Below, one piece after another: positions 9,085 to 19,906 of a DNA stretch of 64,000 nt. Under the pieces are notes generated by a model that did no database searches, was not told where the DNA came from, and saw only the letters and a program-made list of their open reading frames with translations. Made by a program: the position numbers and the translations under genes. Every line of letters begins with the position of its first letter. Position 1 is the first letter of the stretch. The stretch comes from Chloroflexota bacterium (GTDB lineage: Bacteria; Chloroflexota; Dehalococcoidia; E44-bin15): the NCBI GenBank assembly GCA_030604825.1, contig JAUVVB010000010.1:2109-66108 (forward strand), read 5' to 3'.

Positions 9085-10200
9085 TTAGCTGCCGAAGGCA
9101 TCCCTTATGCGGTGTAAAAATCCCTTTTCGCCCTCGGGCATACTGGCCTCTCCCAGGCTTTCTGCCAGCTCCTGGAAAAGCCTTCTCTGGCGCTCATCCA
9201 GCGAGGTGGGGGTGATCACGTGAGCTATTACGACCTGATCACCCCTTCCCCCTCCCCTGAGATGAGGTACCCCCTTCTCCTTGAGGCGAAATAGCTTTCC
9301 CATTTGGGTTCCCGGCGGAATCTTGAGGGTAACCGGGCTATCTACCGTAGGCACCTCCACCTCAGCCCCCAGGGCCGCCTGGGCGAAGTTGATGGGCAGG
9401 TCATAGATGATGTCATCCCCCCTGCGCTGGAAGAAGGGATGCTCCTCAACCGAGAGGGCGATATAAAGGTTCCCCGCACCCGCACCCCAGCTCCCCGCGT
9501 TGCCCTCCCCGCTGAGGCGAATCTGGGAGCCATCGTCTACCCCGGCCGGGATGCGAACCGAGATGCGGCGCTGCCTTCTCTCCTTTCCCGAGCCGCGGCA
9601 ATGATGACAGGGATGGGTGATGATCCTGCCATCACCGCCACAGCGGTCGCAGGGGGTGACGTTGACAAAGCGCCCAAAGATGCTGCGCTGCACCCGGCGC
9701 AACTGCCCCGTCCCGTTGCACTGGGGACACCTTGAGGGCTGGCTTCCCGGCTCGCTGCCCACCCCATGACACTGGGAGCAGTTCTCGATGCGCTCAACCT
9801 CGATCTCCCTTTCGCAGCCGAAAACCGCCTCCTCAAAGGAGATGGAAAGGGAATAGCGAAGGTCAGCACCCTGCTGTGGGCCGCGCCGGGCGGCGGTGGT
9901 GGCGCCACCGAAGAAGCTATCGAAGATATCGCCAAATCCCCGGAAGATGTCGAAGTCCTCAAAGCCTCGACCAAAGCCCTCCCCCACGTGCCTGAAGCGA
10001 TCGTAGTTCGCCCTCTTTTCGGGGTCGGAGAGCACCTCATAGGCCTCGTTGAGCTCCTTGAACCTCTCCTCAGCCCCATCCGCCTTATTGCGGTCGGGGT
10101 GGTGCTGAAAGGCGAGCTTCCTGAAGGCCCGCTTTATCTCCTCCGCCGAGGCCGACCGATCTAGGCCTAAAACCTCATAATAATCTCTTTTGGCAGCCAT
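9085..10200 (-). CDS. dnaJ: Chaperone DnaJ
   Basis: J-domain (YYEVLGL...HPDRN), a G/F region and four CxxCxGxG zinc-finger repeats. Confidence 0.95.
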   Translation of the reverse strand: MAAKRDYYEVLGLDRSASAEEIKRAFRKLAFQHHPDRNKADGAEERFKELNEAYEVLSDPEKRANYDRFRHVGEGFGRGFEDFDIFRGFGDIFDSFFGGATTAARRGPQQGADLRYSLSISFEEAVFGCEREIEVERIENCSQCHGVGSEPGSQPSRCPQCNGTGQLRRVQRSIFGRFVNVTPCDRCGGDGRIITHPCHHCRGSGKERRQRRISVRIPAGVDDGSQIRLSGEGNAGSWGAGAGNLYIALSVEEHPFFQRRGDDIIYDLPINFAQAALGAEVEVPTVDSPVTLKIPPGTQMGKLFRLKEKGVPHLRGGGRGDQVVIAHVITPTSLDERQRRLFQELAESLGEASMPEGEKGFLHRIRDAFGS

Positions 10201-10231
10201 GCTTCAAATTCCGGGCGCAACTTAACATTCT

Positions 10232-10260
10232 ATTATAATCGAGCTTTTAGCACATGGCAA
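10232..10260 (-). promoter_or_regulatory. dnaJ promoter TTGCCA-N17-TATAAT
   Basis: Read on the minus strand between the dnaK terminator and the dnaJ start. Confidence 0.5.
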
Positions 10261-10281
10261 GCTTTCATATCTATCCCCAAC

Positions 10282-10313
10282 AAAAAAAGGGCGGGGTCCT
10301 TCCCGCCCTTTTT
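10282..10313. terminator. Bidirectional intrinsic terminator between dnaK and dnaJ (GGGCGGGG-loop-CCCGCCC flanked by an A7 run and a T5 run)
   Basis: GC-rich hairpin at 10289-10308 with flanking A/T tracts. Confidence 0.7.
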
Positions 10314-10326
10314 CCAAAGCCTTACC

Positions 10327-12222
10327 CTAAACCTCGCGGAACTCGCCCTCCACCGTCCCCTCCTCCGGTGGCTTCTCTCCGGGTGGCTCCTCGCCGGGGG
10401 CCTCCCCACTGGGCGGGGGCTGCGCCTGATAGACGGCAGCGCCCACCCTCTGCAATGCCTCGGATAGCTCCTGCATGATGCGCCGCACCTCGTTTATATC
10501 GCCGCTCTGAAGGGCCGAGCGCAGGGCGGCGATCTTCTCCTCCGCCTGCTGCCTGAGGTCGGCGGGCACCTTATCGCCGTGCTCGCGGAGGGTCTTCTCC
10601 GCCGTATAGGCCAGGGTATCAGCAGCGTTCCTGGTCTCCACCTCCTCCCGCCTCCTCCGGTCCTCCTCGGCATAGGTCTCCGCATCCCGCTGCATCCGCT
10701 CCACCTCCTCCCTGGAAAGGCCGCTGGAGGCAGTGATCACGATCTTCTGCTCCTTCCCCGTCCCTTTATCGTGAGCCTTGACGCTAACGATGCCATTGGC
10801 ATCGATGTCGAAGGCGACCTCGATCTGGGGGACGCCCCGGGGGGCGGGGATGACACCATCCAGCATAAACCGCCCTAATGTCTTGTTATCCGCAGCCATG
10901 GCCCTCTCCCCCTGGAGCACGTGGATATCCACGCTGGTCTGGTTATCGGCAGCGGTGCTGAAGAGCTGGCCCTTGGAGGTGGGGATGGTGGTATTCCGGG
11001 GTATGAGCGTGGTCATCACCCCACCCAGGGTCTCGATGCCCAGGGTAAGCGGGGTTACATCCAGCAACAGCACGTCCCTCACCTCCCCCTTGAGCACGGC
11101 AGCCTGGATGGCGGCACCCATAGCCACCACCTCATCAGGGTTAACCCCCTTAGAGGGCTCCCTGCCAAATAGCTCCTTCACCTTCTGCTGCACCAGGGGC
11201 ATGCGGGTCTGCCCCCCTACCAGGATAACCTCATCGATCTGAGCCGGGGTTAACCCCGCATCCTCCAGCGCCTGATGACAGGGACCAATGGTCTGCTCCA
11301 CCAGGTCGCCCACCAGCTGTTCCAGCTTGGCCCGGGTCAGGGTTATGTTGAGGTGCTTCGGCCCGCTGGCATCGGCAGTGATGAAGGGGAGGTTAATATC
11401 CGTCTGCAGCGTGGTGGAGAGCTCGCACTTCGCCTTCTCCGCCCCCTCCTTCAGCCGCTGCAGCGCCATGCGATCCTGCCTCAGATCGATCCCCTGATCC
11501 TTCTTGAACTCGTCGCAAAGCCACTCGATGACCCTCTGGTCGAAGTCATCCCCCCCGAGATGGGTGTCGCCGCTGGTGGATTTCACCTGGAAGGTGCCCT
11601 CTCCCAACTCCAGGATGGATATATCGAAGGTGCCGCCACCGAGGTCGAAAACGGCGATGGTCTGCTCCTTCTTCTTATCCGCACCATAGGCCAGAGAGGC
11701 AGCGGTGGGCTCATTGATTATCCTGAGCACCTCAAGCCCGGCGATCTTGCCCGCATCCTTGGTCGCCTGTCGCTGGCTATCGTTGAAATAGGCGGGAACG
11801 GTGACCACCGCCTCGGTCACCTTATCGCCCAGATAGGCCTCAGCATCCGTCTTCATCTTCTGCAAGATCATCGCCGATATCTCAGCAGGGCTATAATCCC
11901 TATCACCCATAACCACCTTAGCGTCGCCATTGGGTGCCTGGGCTATCTTAAAGGGGAGGATCTTCTTATCCCGCTCCACCTCGGGGGCGTCGAACTTTCG
12001 CCCCATGAGGCGCTTGATGCTGAATATGGTATTATCGGGGTTGGTTATTGCCTGCCGCTTGGCCACCTGACCGGTGAGCCGCTCCCCCGACTTGCTCATC
12101 GCCACCATCGAAGGAGTCACCCGCCCTCCCTCGGCGCTGGGGATCACCACCGACTCCCCCGCCTCTATCACCGCCACACAGCTATTGGTGGTTCCCAGAT
12201 CGATGCCTATTGCCTTTGCCAT
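10327..12222 (-). CDS. dnaK: Chaperone DnaK (Hsp70)
   Basis: [26 protein letters not shown] and other Hsp70 signatures; 631 aa. Confidence 0.97.
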   Translation of the reverse strand: MAKAIGIDLGTTNSCVAVIEAGESVVIPSAEGGRVTPSMVAMSKSGERLTGQVAKRQAITNPDNTIFSIKRLMGRKFDAPEVERDKKILPFKIAQAPNGDAKVVMGDRDYSPAEISAMILQKMKTDAEAYLGDKVTEAVVTVPAYFNDSQRQATKDAGKIAGLEVLRIINEPTAASLAYGADKKKEQTIAVFDLGGGTFDISILELGEGTFQVKSTSGDTHLGGDDFDQRVIEWLCDEFKKDQGIDLRQDRMALQRLKEGAEKAKCELSTTLQTDINLPFITADASGPKHLNITLTRAKLEQLVGDLVEQTIGPCHQALEDAGLTPAQIDEVILVGGQTRMPLVQQKVKELFGREPSKGVNPDEVVAMGAAIQAAVLKGEVRDVLLLDVTPLTLGIETLGGVMTTLIPRNTTIPTSKGQLFSTAADNQTSVDIHVLQGERAMAADNKTLGRFMLDGVIPAPRGVPQIEVAFDIDANGIVSVKAHDKGTGKEQKIVITASSGLSREEVERMQRDAETYAEEDRRRREEVETRNAADTLAYTAEKTLREHGDKVPADLRQQAEEKIAALRSALQSGDINEVRRIMQELSEALQRVGAAVYQAQPPPSGEAPGEEPPGEKPPEEGTVEGEFREV

Positions 12223-12224
12223 CT

Positions 12225-12857
12225 CTATCCTCCCGCTTCATTCTCCTTGATGGCTTCTTCCTTGCCCTTGCCCACCTTTACCAGGGCGGGGCGAAGCACC
12301 CGCTCATGCAGCTTGTAGCCCTTCTGCAGCTCCTCGATGACCTTCCCTTCCTCCCCCTCACCATAGAGCACCGCCTCATGAAGGCTGGGGGCGAAGGGCT
12401 CGCCAAGGGCCTTGATCTCGCTCACCCCATGTACTTCCAGTATCGCCTGAAGCTTGCGCTGGATAAGCCGGATGCCATCCACCCAGGTGAGGCCGGCAAG
12501 CTTTTCCGAGACGCTCTCCAGGGCACGCTCCAAATCATCAAGCACCGGGAGCAGGTTCAAGATCAGCGTGGAATTGGCAAACTTGACCATCTCCTCTCGC
12601 TCCTGCTCAACGCGCCTCTTGTAGTTTATGAAATCCGCCTGGGCCCTCTGCCAGTTGGCAAGATAGTCCTCCGCCTTAGCCCTTTCCTCCTCAAGCGCCT
12701 TCTTGAGCGAGGGCACATCCTCCCCTACAACCGCCTCCGGGGCCGCCGGAATCTCCTCAGGGCTAAGCTCCTTCTCCTCTTCTTCCAAATCATACCCCCA
12801 AAAGGAATTATTGCTACCCCCGGAAGCGGGATTGACCCTCGCCATAAAGCTCCCCAA
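12225..12857 (-). CDS. grpE: Nucleotide exchange factor GrpE
   Basis: A coiled-coil N-terminal half and a C-terminal GrpE fold ([23 protein letters not shown]). It overlaps the hrcA end by about 40 nt, so the true start may lie slightly downstream. Confidence 0.85.
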   Translation of the reverse strand: MGSFMARVNPASGGSNNSFWGYDLEEEEKELSPEEIPAAPEAVVGEDVPSLKKALEEERAKAEDYLANWQRAQADFINYKRRVEQEREEMVKFANSTLILNLLPVLDDLERALESVSEKLAGLTWVDGIRLIQRKLQAILEVHGVSEIKALGEPFAPSLHEAVLYGEGEEGKVIEELQKGYKLHERVLRPALVKVGKGKEEAIKENEAGG

Positions 12858-13863
12858 CCAGGTAGCTCATCAACGAACCCATGTAGCGCACCACAGAGAT
12901 GGACCGCTCATATTGCATCCGAGTGGGACCCACCACCCCCAGGGCACCACCGACCTCACCTGGAACGCCATATCGGGTGATAACCATGCTGCACTCCCGC
13001 ATGGCATCCTCCCTATTCTCCGCCCCAATAATAACCTGGACCCCTTCCCCAGCAAGAACCCCAGGTAGGATAGACCTCACCAGCCTCCTGCTCTCCAAAA
13101 CCTCCATAAGGCTCAGCATCTTCTCGCTTTGGGCAAACTCTGGCTGAACCAAAATATGGGATAGCCCCTCAATATGGGGTTCCTCATACCTCTGCTCATC
13201 CTCCCCTTCCATGACGTGCACTACCGCCTTCCTCACCCTCTCCTCAGCAGGGGAAAGCTCCACGCCCCTTGAGGCAATCTCCGACCTGGTCAAACCGCCA
13301 AAGATGGCATTAAGTCTATTGGCGATAAAGGTAAGCCCCTCCTGCGATATCGCCTCATCGAAGCTCACCAGCTGCTGTTTGAGCCTGGTCTCGCCGAGGA
13401 GGACGATGAGCAGGGCAAGGAAATCCTGTACCGCCACCAGTTCCAGGTGCTTCAGCCTGGACTCCACCGCCTTGGGGGAGGTAACGATAGCCATGTTGCG
13501 AACCATTCGTGCCAGCAAAGAGGCAGCGAGGCGGGTCCATTGCTCCAGCTCCGCCTCCACCTGGTGGAAGAGATGGGAGATCATGCGCTGCTCCTCCAGC
13601 GGCACCTCCCCTCCCCCCGCCAGGGACTGCACATAATATCGGTAGCCCTTGTCCGAGGGGACACCTCCCCCCGAGGCATGGCGGCGGATGATATAGCCAT
13701 CCTCCTCAAGCCATGCCATCTCGTTTCGGATAGTGGCCGCACTTACCCCAAGCCCCTTTCGGGCGATGGTCTCCGAGGCTACGGGGCTCGCCCTGGAAAT
13801 GTATTCGCCCACGATGATGCTGAGGACTTTCTCCTTCCTTTCCGAGAGCATCGCCAACCCCAA
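12814..13863 (-). CDS. hrcA: Heat-inducible transcription repressor HrcA
   Basis: 349 aa. An N-terminal winged helix (LSERKEKVLSIIVGEYISRASPVASETIARK) and the HrcA C-terminal domain. TTG start. Confidence 0.9.
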   Translation of the reverse strand: MGLAMLSERKEKVLSIIVGEYISRASPVASETIARKGLGVSAATIRNEMAWLEEDGYIIRRHASGGGVPSDKGYRYYVQSLAGGGEVPLEEQRMISHLFHQVEAELEQWTRLAASLLARMVRNMAIVTSPKAVESRLKHLELVAVQDFLALLIVLLGETRLKQQLVSFDEAISQEGLTFIANRLNAIFGGLTRSEIASRGVELSPAEERVRKAVVHVMEGEDEQRYEEPHIEGLSHILVQPEFAQSEKMLSLMEVLESRRLVRSILPGVLAGEGVQVIIGAENREDAMRECSMVITRYGVPGEVGGALGVVGPTRMQYERSISVVRYMGSLMSYLVGELYGEGQSRFRG

Positions 13864-13890
13864 TTAGCACTCTCAAGATGAGAGTGCTAA
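13864..13890. promoter_or_regulatory. CIRCE operator (TTAGCACTC-N9-GAGTGCTAA), a perfect consensus, immediately upstream of hrcA
   Basis: Exact match to the HrcA-binding inverted repeat. It is preceded on the minus strand by TTGACA-N17-TTAAAT at 13895-13923. Confidence 0.9.
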
Positions 13891-13928
13891 TCTAATTTAA
13901 TACCCCGTTATTCCCTTTGTCAAGGGGG

Positions 13929-13957
13929 TTGACCGACCAGCTTCTCTTTGTTATACT
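13929..13957 (+). promoter_or_regulatory. fabH promoter TTGACC-N17-TATACT (divergent from the hrcA promoter)
   Basis: Near-consensus sigma-70-type hexamers 55 nt upstream of the fabH TTG start, which has a GAAGGAGG SD. Confidence 0.55.
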
Positions 13958-14011
13958 TTCCAAATATTGTCAAGCCTGAAGGATGAAATACAAGGCTGAA
14001 GGAGGCGAGGC

Positions 14012-15010
14012 TTGGCAGCTTATGGGCTGATTACTGGCTGGGGAAAGTATCTTCCCCGAAGGGTGCTCACCAATGAAGAACTGGAGAAAATGGTGGACAC
14101 CTCCGACGAGTGGATCGCCAGCCGCACCGGCATCAGGGAGCGACGCATCGTGGCGGATGATGAGACGGTATCCACCATGGCGGTGGAGGCAGGAAAGCGG
14201 GCCCTTGAGGTTGCCCATCTTGCGCCCAGCTCCCTGGACCTGATCATCGTGGGCACCAATAGTCCCGACAGGCTAGTCCCGGGCTCAGCCTTCCTGGTGC
14301 AGCATGCCATCGGCGCCACCAAGGCGGCTGCCTTCGATATAGCTGCCGGCTGCAGCAGCTTCATCCACGCCCTGGCAACCGCCTATCAGTTCATCTCCTC
14401 AGGGGCTTATGAGAACATCCTGGTGGTGGGAAGCGATGCTGTAAGCCGCTATATCAACTGGGAGGACCGCGGCACCTGCATCCTCTTCGGCGATGGCGCC
14501 GGGGCGGTGGTGGTGCAGGCAAAGGGCGTGGCTAGCGATATGCTTCAATTTTTGCTGGGGAGCGACGGGGGAGGAGCCGATCTCCTCTACGTGCCCGGGG
14601 TTTGCGACCGGACAACGGGAACGCCCCCAAATGGGCACCACGTCATTATGGAAGGGAGAGAGGTATTCAAGTTCGCGGTCACCACTATGGCTGAGGCCTC
14701 CAGGCAGGTGGTGAAGGACGCTGGCCTTCAGATATCCGATATCGACCTCTTTATTCCCCACCAGGCAAACGACCGCATCATCCAGGCGGCAGCAAGGTCG
14801 CTGGGCATCCCCAGCGAAAAGGTCTTCGTCAATCTGGAACACTATGGCAACCTATCTGCGGCATCCCCCGCAGTGGCCCTTTGTGAGGCGGTGGAGCAGG
14901 GAAGGCTAAAGGCGGGGGATCTGGTTATTCTGGTAGCCTTTGGCGCCGGCCTATCCTGGGCCGCCATGGTGCTCAGGTGGCAGCCCTTAGCTAGCAAGGA
15001 GAAAGTATGA
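14012..15010 (+). CDS. fabH: 3-oxoacyl-ACP synthase III
   Basis: 332 aa. The Cys-His-Asn catalytic triad is visible in the track translation (C118, H251, N281). Confidence 0.9.
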   Translation: MAAYGLITGWGKYLPRRVLTNEELEKMVDTSDEWIASRTGIRERRIVADDETVSTMAVEAGKRALEVAHLAPSSLDLIIVGTNSPDRLVPGSAFLVQHAIGATKAAAFDIAAGCSSFIHALATAYQFISSGAYENILVVGSDAVSRYINWEDRGTCILFGDGAGAVVVQAKGVASDMLQFLLGSDGGGADLLYVPGVCDRTTGTPPNGHHVIMEGREVFKFAVTTMAEASRQVVKDAGLQISDIDLFIPHQANDRIIQAAARSLGIPSEKVFVNLEHYGNLSAASPAVALCEAVEQGRLKAGDLVILVAFGAGLSWAAMVLRWQPLASKEKV

Positions 15011-15585
15011 AGCAAGCGAAAGCAATTACCATGATGGATGCCATCTTCCCCAACGCCACCCTGGTGCGCGATCTACTTCTCGTCCTCGGCTTCAGTACCC
15101 TGACCGCTCTCTCCGCCCAGATCGCCTTCTATATCGGTCTTGTTCCCATTACGGGGCAGACCTTTGCCGTGCTGCTTGCCGGGGCACTCTTGGGGAGTAA
15201 GCGTGGCGCGCTGAGCCAGCTTACCTACCTAGGGATGGGAGCCATGGGTGCTCCTGTATTTGCCGGATGGATGGGTGGCCCCGCCGTGCTCCTGGGCCCC
15301 ACCGGGGGATATCTCGTAGGGTTTGTGGCTGCGGCCTTCGTTGTCGGCTATCTCGCCGAGCGGGGTTGGGATCGACGCCTTTGGAGCATTGCCCTTGCCA
15401 TGCTGGCTGGAAATGCCGTCATTTACCTGTTCGGCCTCTCTTGGCTTGCCCGATTTGTGCCTGCGGGCTCGCTCCTTTCCGCAGGGCTCATCCCCTTCAT
15501 CCCCGGCGACCTGACAAAGCTGGTTGTGGCAACCATCGCCCTGCCCTCGGGGTGGGCAATCCTGAATCAACGGCGAGGTTGGTAA
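15007..15585 (+). CDS. bioY: Biotin transporter BioY (ECF S-component)
   Basis: 192-aa polytopic membrane protein with the PVFAG...GPTGGYLVGF signature of the BioY family. Confidence 0.8.
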   Translation: MKQAKAITMMDAIFPNATLVRDLLLVLGFSTLTALSAQIAFYIGLVPITGQTFAVLLAGALLGSKRGALSQLTYLGMGAMGAPVFAGWMGGPAVLLGPTGGYLVGFVAAAFVVGYLAERGWDRRLWSIALAMLAGNAVIYLFGLSWLARFVPAGSLLSAGLIPFIPGDLTKLVVATIALPSGWAILNQRRGW

Positions 15586-15663
15586 TAAGTGGCCAGCAAA
15601 GGCTTGAAAAAGGAAAGGACAGCGATAAAGCCTGTCATCGGCCACAGCAAGTAGTTTGAAAAA

Positions 15664-16302
15664 ATGGAGATCACCTGGCTTGGCCATTCCTGCTTCAGGA
15701 TCAAGGGGCGGGATGCCACCCTGATCACCGACCCCTATGATGAGAGCATCGGCTACTCCCTGGGCAAGCCAAAGGCAAACATCGTCACCTCAAGTCATCC
15801 TCATCCCGGTCATGGCTTCGTGGCCGGAATTGGCGGCCTGCCCAAGGTGGTTCAGGGATCGGGGGAGTACGAGATTTCAGGCGTCTTCATCTCCGGCATT
15901 GCCGCCTTCCACGATAGCGAAAGGGGGAAGAGGCGAGGCAAGAACACCGTCTACCTCATCGAGATGGATGAGATCGCCCTTTGCCATCTTGGCGACCTGG
16001 GGCACGTCCTCCCCTCGGAGCTGGTGGAGGAGCTGAGCAATGTGGAGGTGCTCATGATTCCTGTGGGAGGGCTCTCCACCATCGATGCCGCACTGGCCGC
16101 CGAGATGGTGAGCCTGCTTCAGCCCAGGATCGTCATCCCCATGCACTATAAGACCGATGCGGTGCATTTCCCCTTTGAGCCGGTGAGCGCTTTTCTCAAG
16201 CAGATGGGGCTGAAGGGGGTTTCGGCCCAGCCTAAGCTATCCATAACCAAGGGAGGGCTGCCCGAGGGGACAAAGGTGGTGGTGCTGGACTACCATAGCT
16301 AG
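15664..16302 (+). CDS. Metallo-beta-lactamase-fold hydrolase (UPF0173-like)
   Basis: 212 aa; HPHPGHG metal-binding motif variant; the MEITWLGHSCF N-terminus is typical of this family. Confidence 0.7.
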   Translation: MEITWLGHSCFRIKGRDATLITDPYDESIGYSLGKPKANIVTSSHPHPGHGFVAGIGGLPKVVQGSGEYEISGVFISGIAAFHDSERGKRRGKNTVYLIEMDEIALCHLGDLGHVLPSELVEELSNVEVLMIPVGGLSTIDAALAAEMVSLLQPRIVIPMHYKTDAVHFPFEPVSAFLKQMGLKGVSAQPKLSITKGGLPEGTKVVVLDYHS

Positions 16303-16363
16303 TTCTTTCCCGCCCACCCTGATAGGTTTTATTCAGGGGGCTTGTGCCCCCAAAGCATTCAGG

Positions 16364-16407
16364 GCAAAAAAGCGCCCCGGAGGTTTTTGGCCTTCGGGGC
16401 GCTCTTT
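16364..16407 (-). terminator. Intrinsic terminator of the large surface-protein gene (GCGCCCCG...CGGGGCGC followed by U6 on the minus strand)
   Basis: Hairpin plus U tract immediately 3' of the gene end at 16425. A second hairpin, GGGGGCTTGTGCCCCC at about 16335-16350, lies 3' of the convergent plus-strand gene. Confidence 0.6.
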
Positions 16408-16424
16408 ATGTCACTTACCGGCGA

Positions 16425-19400
16425 TCACACCGCGCGCCTCGTCCTCACGATGAGAACGATAACCGCAACCGCCAGTACCGCGCCAAGGCCGATCAGTATC
16501 CAGATCCAGTAGGGGATCGGCGGCGGCGGCAGTCCAGTGGTGAAGCCAGCAGAGGCCCACGCCGTGGTTGAACCGTCATGAGCGCGCACCCTCCAGAAGT
16601 ACTGGGTGCCCTCCTCCAGGTCATCAGTAGGCGTGTAGGTCTGCTGATTGCCTAGGCTGGCGTCAACCACCTTGTCGGTGAAGCCAGCGTCGGTAGCCAA
16701 CTGGAAGTCGTAGCCGGTCATACCCTCTACCGGTGTCCAGCTAAAGGTCGGCTTCAGCGGTTGATTGGTCGCGCCCCCTGGCGGACCGGTAAGGTCAGGC
16801 ATGGGCGGTGCCACGCCAGGCCCGGTGGTGAAGGACTGAACCTCCGACCATGGACCAACGGCCGATGCCGTCCCCAGGACGGTGTTGTTCACCCTCATCC
16901 GCCAGTAGAAGGTCTTGTCGGACAGGAATGTGGCAGCCAACGTCCAACTGGTGGCGGGGGCGTTTACGGTGGTCCGCGTGAAGTTCATCATGCCGGGGTC
17001 GGTGTCCCAGTCGAGGTCATACCCCAGAGCGGCAGGAACTGACTCCCACTCGAAGGTGACATCGTACGCCGGTATGCCAATAGGCACGCCGGTGATTACA
17101 CCAACGCCCGTTGCCCCATCAGCAGGCGCTATCAGATCAGGAGCCGGCACCACGCCCGGGGTTAGGGTATCGGTGTACTCCAGCACCTTGTCCACGATCA
17201 TGCCCGCCACATAGACGTTCGCCGTGTCCACAGTGAACAGGGTGTAGGAGCTGCCCTCCACTCCCCTCAGCAGCGCCAGGGTGGGAGCATTGGCTATAGG
17301 GGCAAACCCCTGGGTCACCCGGAAGAACGCGGGCTGAGTGCCCAGGATGACCGGGGAGATTCCGGGCTCGATGGAGCGCAGCACACCACCTGCAGGCGGT
17401 GCAACGACCCATGCTGCCGGGTCAGCCACATAGAGCGCGCCATCGCCGCTCATCGCTATGCCTATAGCAGGCGCGGGCGCAGCCGAGATGTGCGCCTTGG
17501 AGGTGCCCACGAACCGCCACACCTGCCCCACAGCGCCACCACCGCCAATGTAAACCGTCGCATTGGTGGCATAATCGGGGTCAAAGGCGATCCACTGCAC
17601 GCTCCCTGCTCCCTCGCCACTGATGGAACCAAACAGGCTTATGGCCATGGTGGAGGTATCGGTGATCTTCATCAGCACGCCGGTGCCCGAGCAGACGATG
17701 TCGCCGTTGGGACCCTGCTCCATCTCCATCACACCAACGCCCGAGTTGCCGATGACGGGCCAGGTGCTGCCGGCGTCGGTGCTCCTGCCCACCGAGGTGC
17801 CACTGGAAACATAGAGCGTGGTGGCGTCCTCAACAATCATGTCCGAGAACCCCGCAAGCGCACCGAGAAGGGTCTTCTGCAAGAAGAAGTCGCCGCCATT
17901 GTTGGACACCCTTATCCGGTTGCCGGCACCGCCAGGCTCGCCCCAGTAAATCGTAGAATCGGTGGCATACTCGGGGCTGACCCTGACCAGGGCGTTGTTG
18001 TTGTTGGTCACCATCACGTCTATGCGCTCCCAGTAGACATGCATTATGTAGTCGCTGCGCCACAGGCTGTCAAAGCCTGCACCAAAGGTCTGGCAGGTGG
18101 CGATGAAGAGCATGTTGTCGTTGGCATAGTCGGGCGAAGGCCACACGTCCATGATGCCCGTATTGATCAGGGTGTCGATGAGGGACACCTGGTTCCAGCT
18201 AACGCAGCTATCCTGGGTCCAGGAAAGGGCGCTCTCATCGCTCACACCACCGCCCGTGCCGCAGTAGGCCAGGCCGGTGGTGAGGAAGTCAGGGCTCAGA
18301 GCCACCAAGGCCAGGCCGCTAGCGCCTGTTGGCAGCTTGTTGGGCCCAGACCACCACGGGGGAGACCCCCACGGCTGGGTGGTATAAACCACATTGGCAT
18401 AGGGTGCCGTGGCACTGGCTGCCGTGTCGCCCACGATGAGGGCAGCGCTTCCGCCAATGGTGCCCACGAAGTCAAGGCTGTTAACGCCGGTGACGCCAGA
18501 GACCAGCGCCGTCGCGCCAACGTTCCTCACCCGCCAGGCATCGTTATTGGCAGCAAGAGCTGCACCAGCGGTGCCCACGAAGGCGACCTGCGAGCCGCCC
18601 AGCAGACCGTTGAAGTCCTCGGGCAATGCTATGGTCGCGGAGGTGACAGGCTGGGCGAAAAGCACAATGGGCCACGCTGCTCCAAACCCGCCAGCAGCAT
18701 CCCAGTTACCCGGCGCTGCCACAGCCACACGGCCATCGCCCAGATGCACCTGGGTAGCAGCAGCGACGCTGCCCGCAGCAACGATGGTGAAGTCGGTGCT
18801 GTAGTTGGACGAGAAGGCCACTGCGTAGACATCCTCATTGGCAACACCGCCGAAATTCTGCCCTGACCAGCTCAGGTTGGGCGGCGCGCCCCAGCCCCAG
18901 ATGTAGACGCCGTTGGTCTCAGCGAAGAGGCCGGTGCCATCGGCCACACCGATAACGATGGGGTGTGTGCCACTCAGCACTGGCCCCACATCGATGGAGG
19001 TGATCACATCCGTGGCTGCACCGGCAATCGTAGTGGCAGTGCCCAGGGCGGACCAGGTTCCGCCGGCATCGTTGGATGCCCATATGGTAATGCCATCGGT
19101 GACCACTATGTAGTTGGCATCATCGGGGGCCACCGCAATCATCCCAGCAGCGGCGAGACCTGGATTGCTGAGCGTCGTCCAGTTCCGCCCGCCATTAGTC
19201 GACCGCATCACCTCAATGAAGGGGGCGACGGCGGCATTCGTGCCCGTGGTATAGATCACCTTGTCGGTGTCAAAGTTGGGGGAAAGGGCAAGGTCGTCGA
19301 CATCGCCCATTATGTATATCCCCCTGCCCAGGGGCTGCGGCGTTATCACCGTTGCCCAGGAGAGGTCACCCGCCTCGGCGGGCTTGGCCGGAGCCGCTAC

Positions 19401-19469
19401 CACAGCCAGGCTCAGCACCAGGACCAGTGCCATCAGCGCCATTACTATGCTGGGTAGTTTTCCTTTCAT
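16425..19469 (-). CDS. Large secreted cell-surface protein with BNR/Asp-box repeats (sialidase-like beta-propellers), two FN3/Ig-like domains and a C-terminal TM anchor
   Basis: 1014 aa. N-terminal signal peptide (MKGKLPSIVMALMALVLVLSLAVVAAPAKPAEA). Repeated S-x-D/N-x-G-x-T/N-W motifs (STNGGRNW, SNDAGGTW, STDAGSTW). Two repeats of about 90 aa ending Y.WR.R. The C-terminus PYWIWILIGLGAVLAVAVIVLIVRTRRAV is a TM helix followed by a basic tail. Confidence 0.7.
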   Translation of the reverse strand: MKGKLPSIVMALMALVLVLSLAVVAAPAKPAEAGDLSWATVITPQPLGRGIYIMGDVDDLALSPNFDTDKVIYTTGTNAAVAPFIEVMRSTNGGRNWTTLSNPGLAAAGMIAVAPDDANYIVVTDGITIWASNDAGGTWSALGTATTIAGAATDVITSIDVGPVLSGTHPIVIGVADGTGLFAETNGVYIWGWGAPPNLSWSGQNFGGVANEDVYAVAFSSNYSTDFTIVAAGSVAAATQVHLGDGRVAVAAPGNWDAAGGFGAAWPIVLFAQPVTSATIALPEDFNGLLGGSQVAFVGTAGAALAANNDAWRVRNVGATALVSGVTGVNSLDFVGTIGGSAALIVGDTAASATAPYANVVYTTQPWGSPPWWSGPNKLPTGASGLALVALSPDFLTTGLAYCGTGGGVSDESALSWTQDSCVSWNQVSLIDTLINTGIMDVWPSPDYANDNMLFIATCQTFGAGFDSLWRSDYIMHVYWERIDVMVTNNNNALVRVSPEYATDSTIYWGEPGGAGNRIRVSNNGGDFFLQKTLLGALAGFSDMIVEDATTLYVSSGTSVGRSTDAGSTWPVIGNSGVGVMEMEQGPNGDIVCSGTGVLMKITDTSTMAISLFGSISGEGAGSVQWIAFDPDYATNATVYIGGGGAVGQVWRFVGTSKAHISAAPAPAIGIAMSGDGALYVADPAAWVVAPPAGGVLRSIEPGISPVILGTQPAFFRVTQGFAPIANAPTLALLRGVEGSSYTLFTVDTANVYVAGMIVDKVLEYTDTLTPGVVPAPDLIAPADGATGVGVITGVPIGIPAYDVTFEWESVPAALGYDLDWDTDPGMMNFTRTTVNAPATSWTLAATFLSDKTFYWRMRVNNTVLGTASAVGPWSEVQSFTTGPGVAPPMPDLTGPPGGATNQPLKPTFSWTPVEGMTGYDFQLATDAGFTDKVVDASLGNQQTYTPTDDLEEGTQYFWRVRAHDGSTTAWASAGFTTGLPPPPIPYWIWILIGLGAVLAVAVIVLIVRTRRAV

Positions 19470-19636
19470 CTATTCTCCTTCCTATTTCAGGTAGTTAAAC
19501 CCTTTCGGGCTTTTTGACTGTCATGGGTCGGCATTTCCTTCAAGCTATCTCATCTATCACCCCCTTTCACTGCGATTCCCTCCTCCAGAATAGGCCCTCC
19601 TTTCGCGTCGAGCCCAAGCCTACGAAGGGTTTCACC

Positions 19637-19665
19637 TATTTACCACATATCGCTTTATCTGTCAA
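19637..19665 (-). promoter_or_regulatory. Promoter P3 of the surface-protein gene: TTGACA-N17-(TGg)TAAATA, giving a roughly 170-nt 5' UTR
   Basis: Read on the minus strand. The UTR also holds a GAAA-tetraloop hairpin (AAGCCCGAAAGGGUUU) about 30 nt before the SD GGAAGGAG. Confidence 0.45.
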
Positions 19666-19878
19666 CCCCACAAAAAGGGAAGCCCACCAAGCAAACCTCA
19701 GCTAGCTTCCCCTTATCTTCAAAAAGATAATGATTCCCTTTTCTCTATTTCTTGGGGTTGACACTTCTCACCGCCGCTCCATACCCTTTATATCCACCCC
19801 CAGCCAACTCTCTGCACAGATTTAGATATGTTACTACAACAATAGTAATATTGTCAATACCTGAGCTACGTTGTGTAT

Positions 19879-19906
19879 AGTATAAAGCTATTTTCAGGTT
19901 TGTCAA
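19879..19906 (-). promoter_or_regulatory. Promoter P1 TTGACA-N16-TATACT immediately 3' of rho; a second, TTGACA-N18-TAACAT, lies about 50 nt downstream
   Basis: Near-consensus hexamers inside an AT-rich block in an otherwise GC-rich region. Confidence 0.45.

Noticed and set aside
11275-12318. 347-aa plus-strand ORF antisense to dnaK
   Set aside because: Mirror ORF of a highly conserved gene, with no RBS.
17490-18866. 458-aa plus-strand ORF (and several others at 16761-19494) overlapping the large minus-strand surface-protein gene
   Set aside because: Antisense to a gene with clear signal peptide, domain repeats and TM anchor. Gly/Arg/Ala-rich low-complexity translation is typical of a GC-rich antisense frame.
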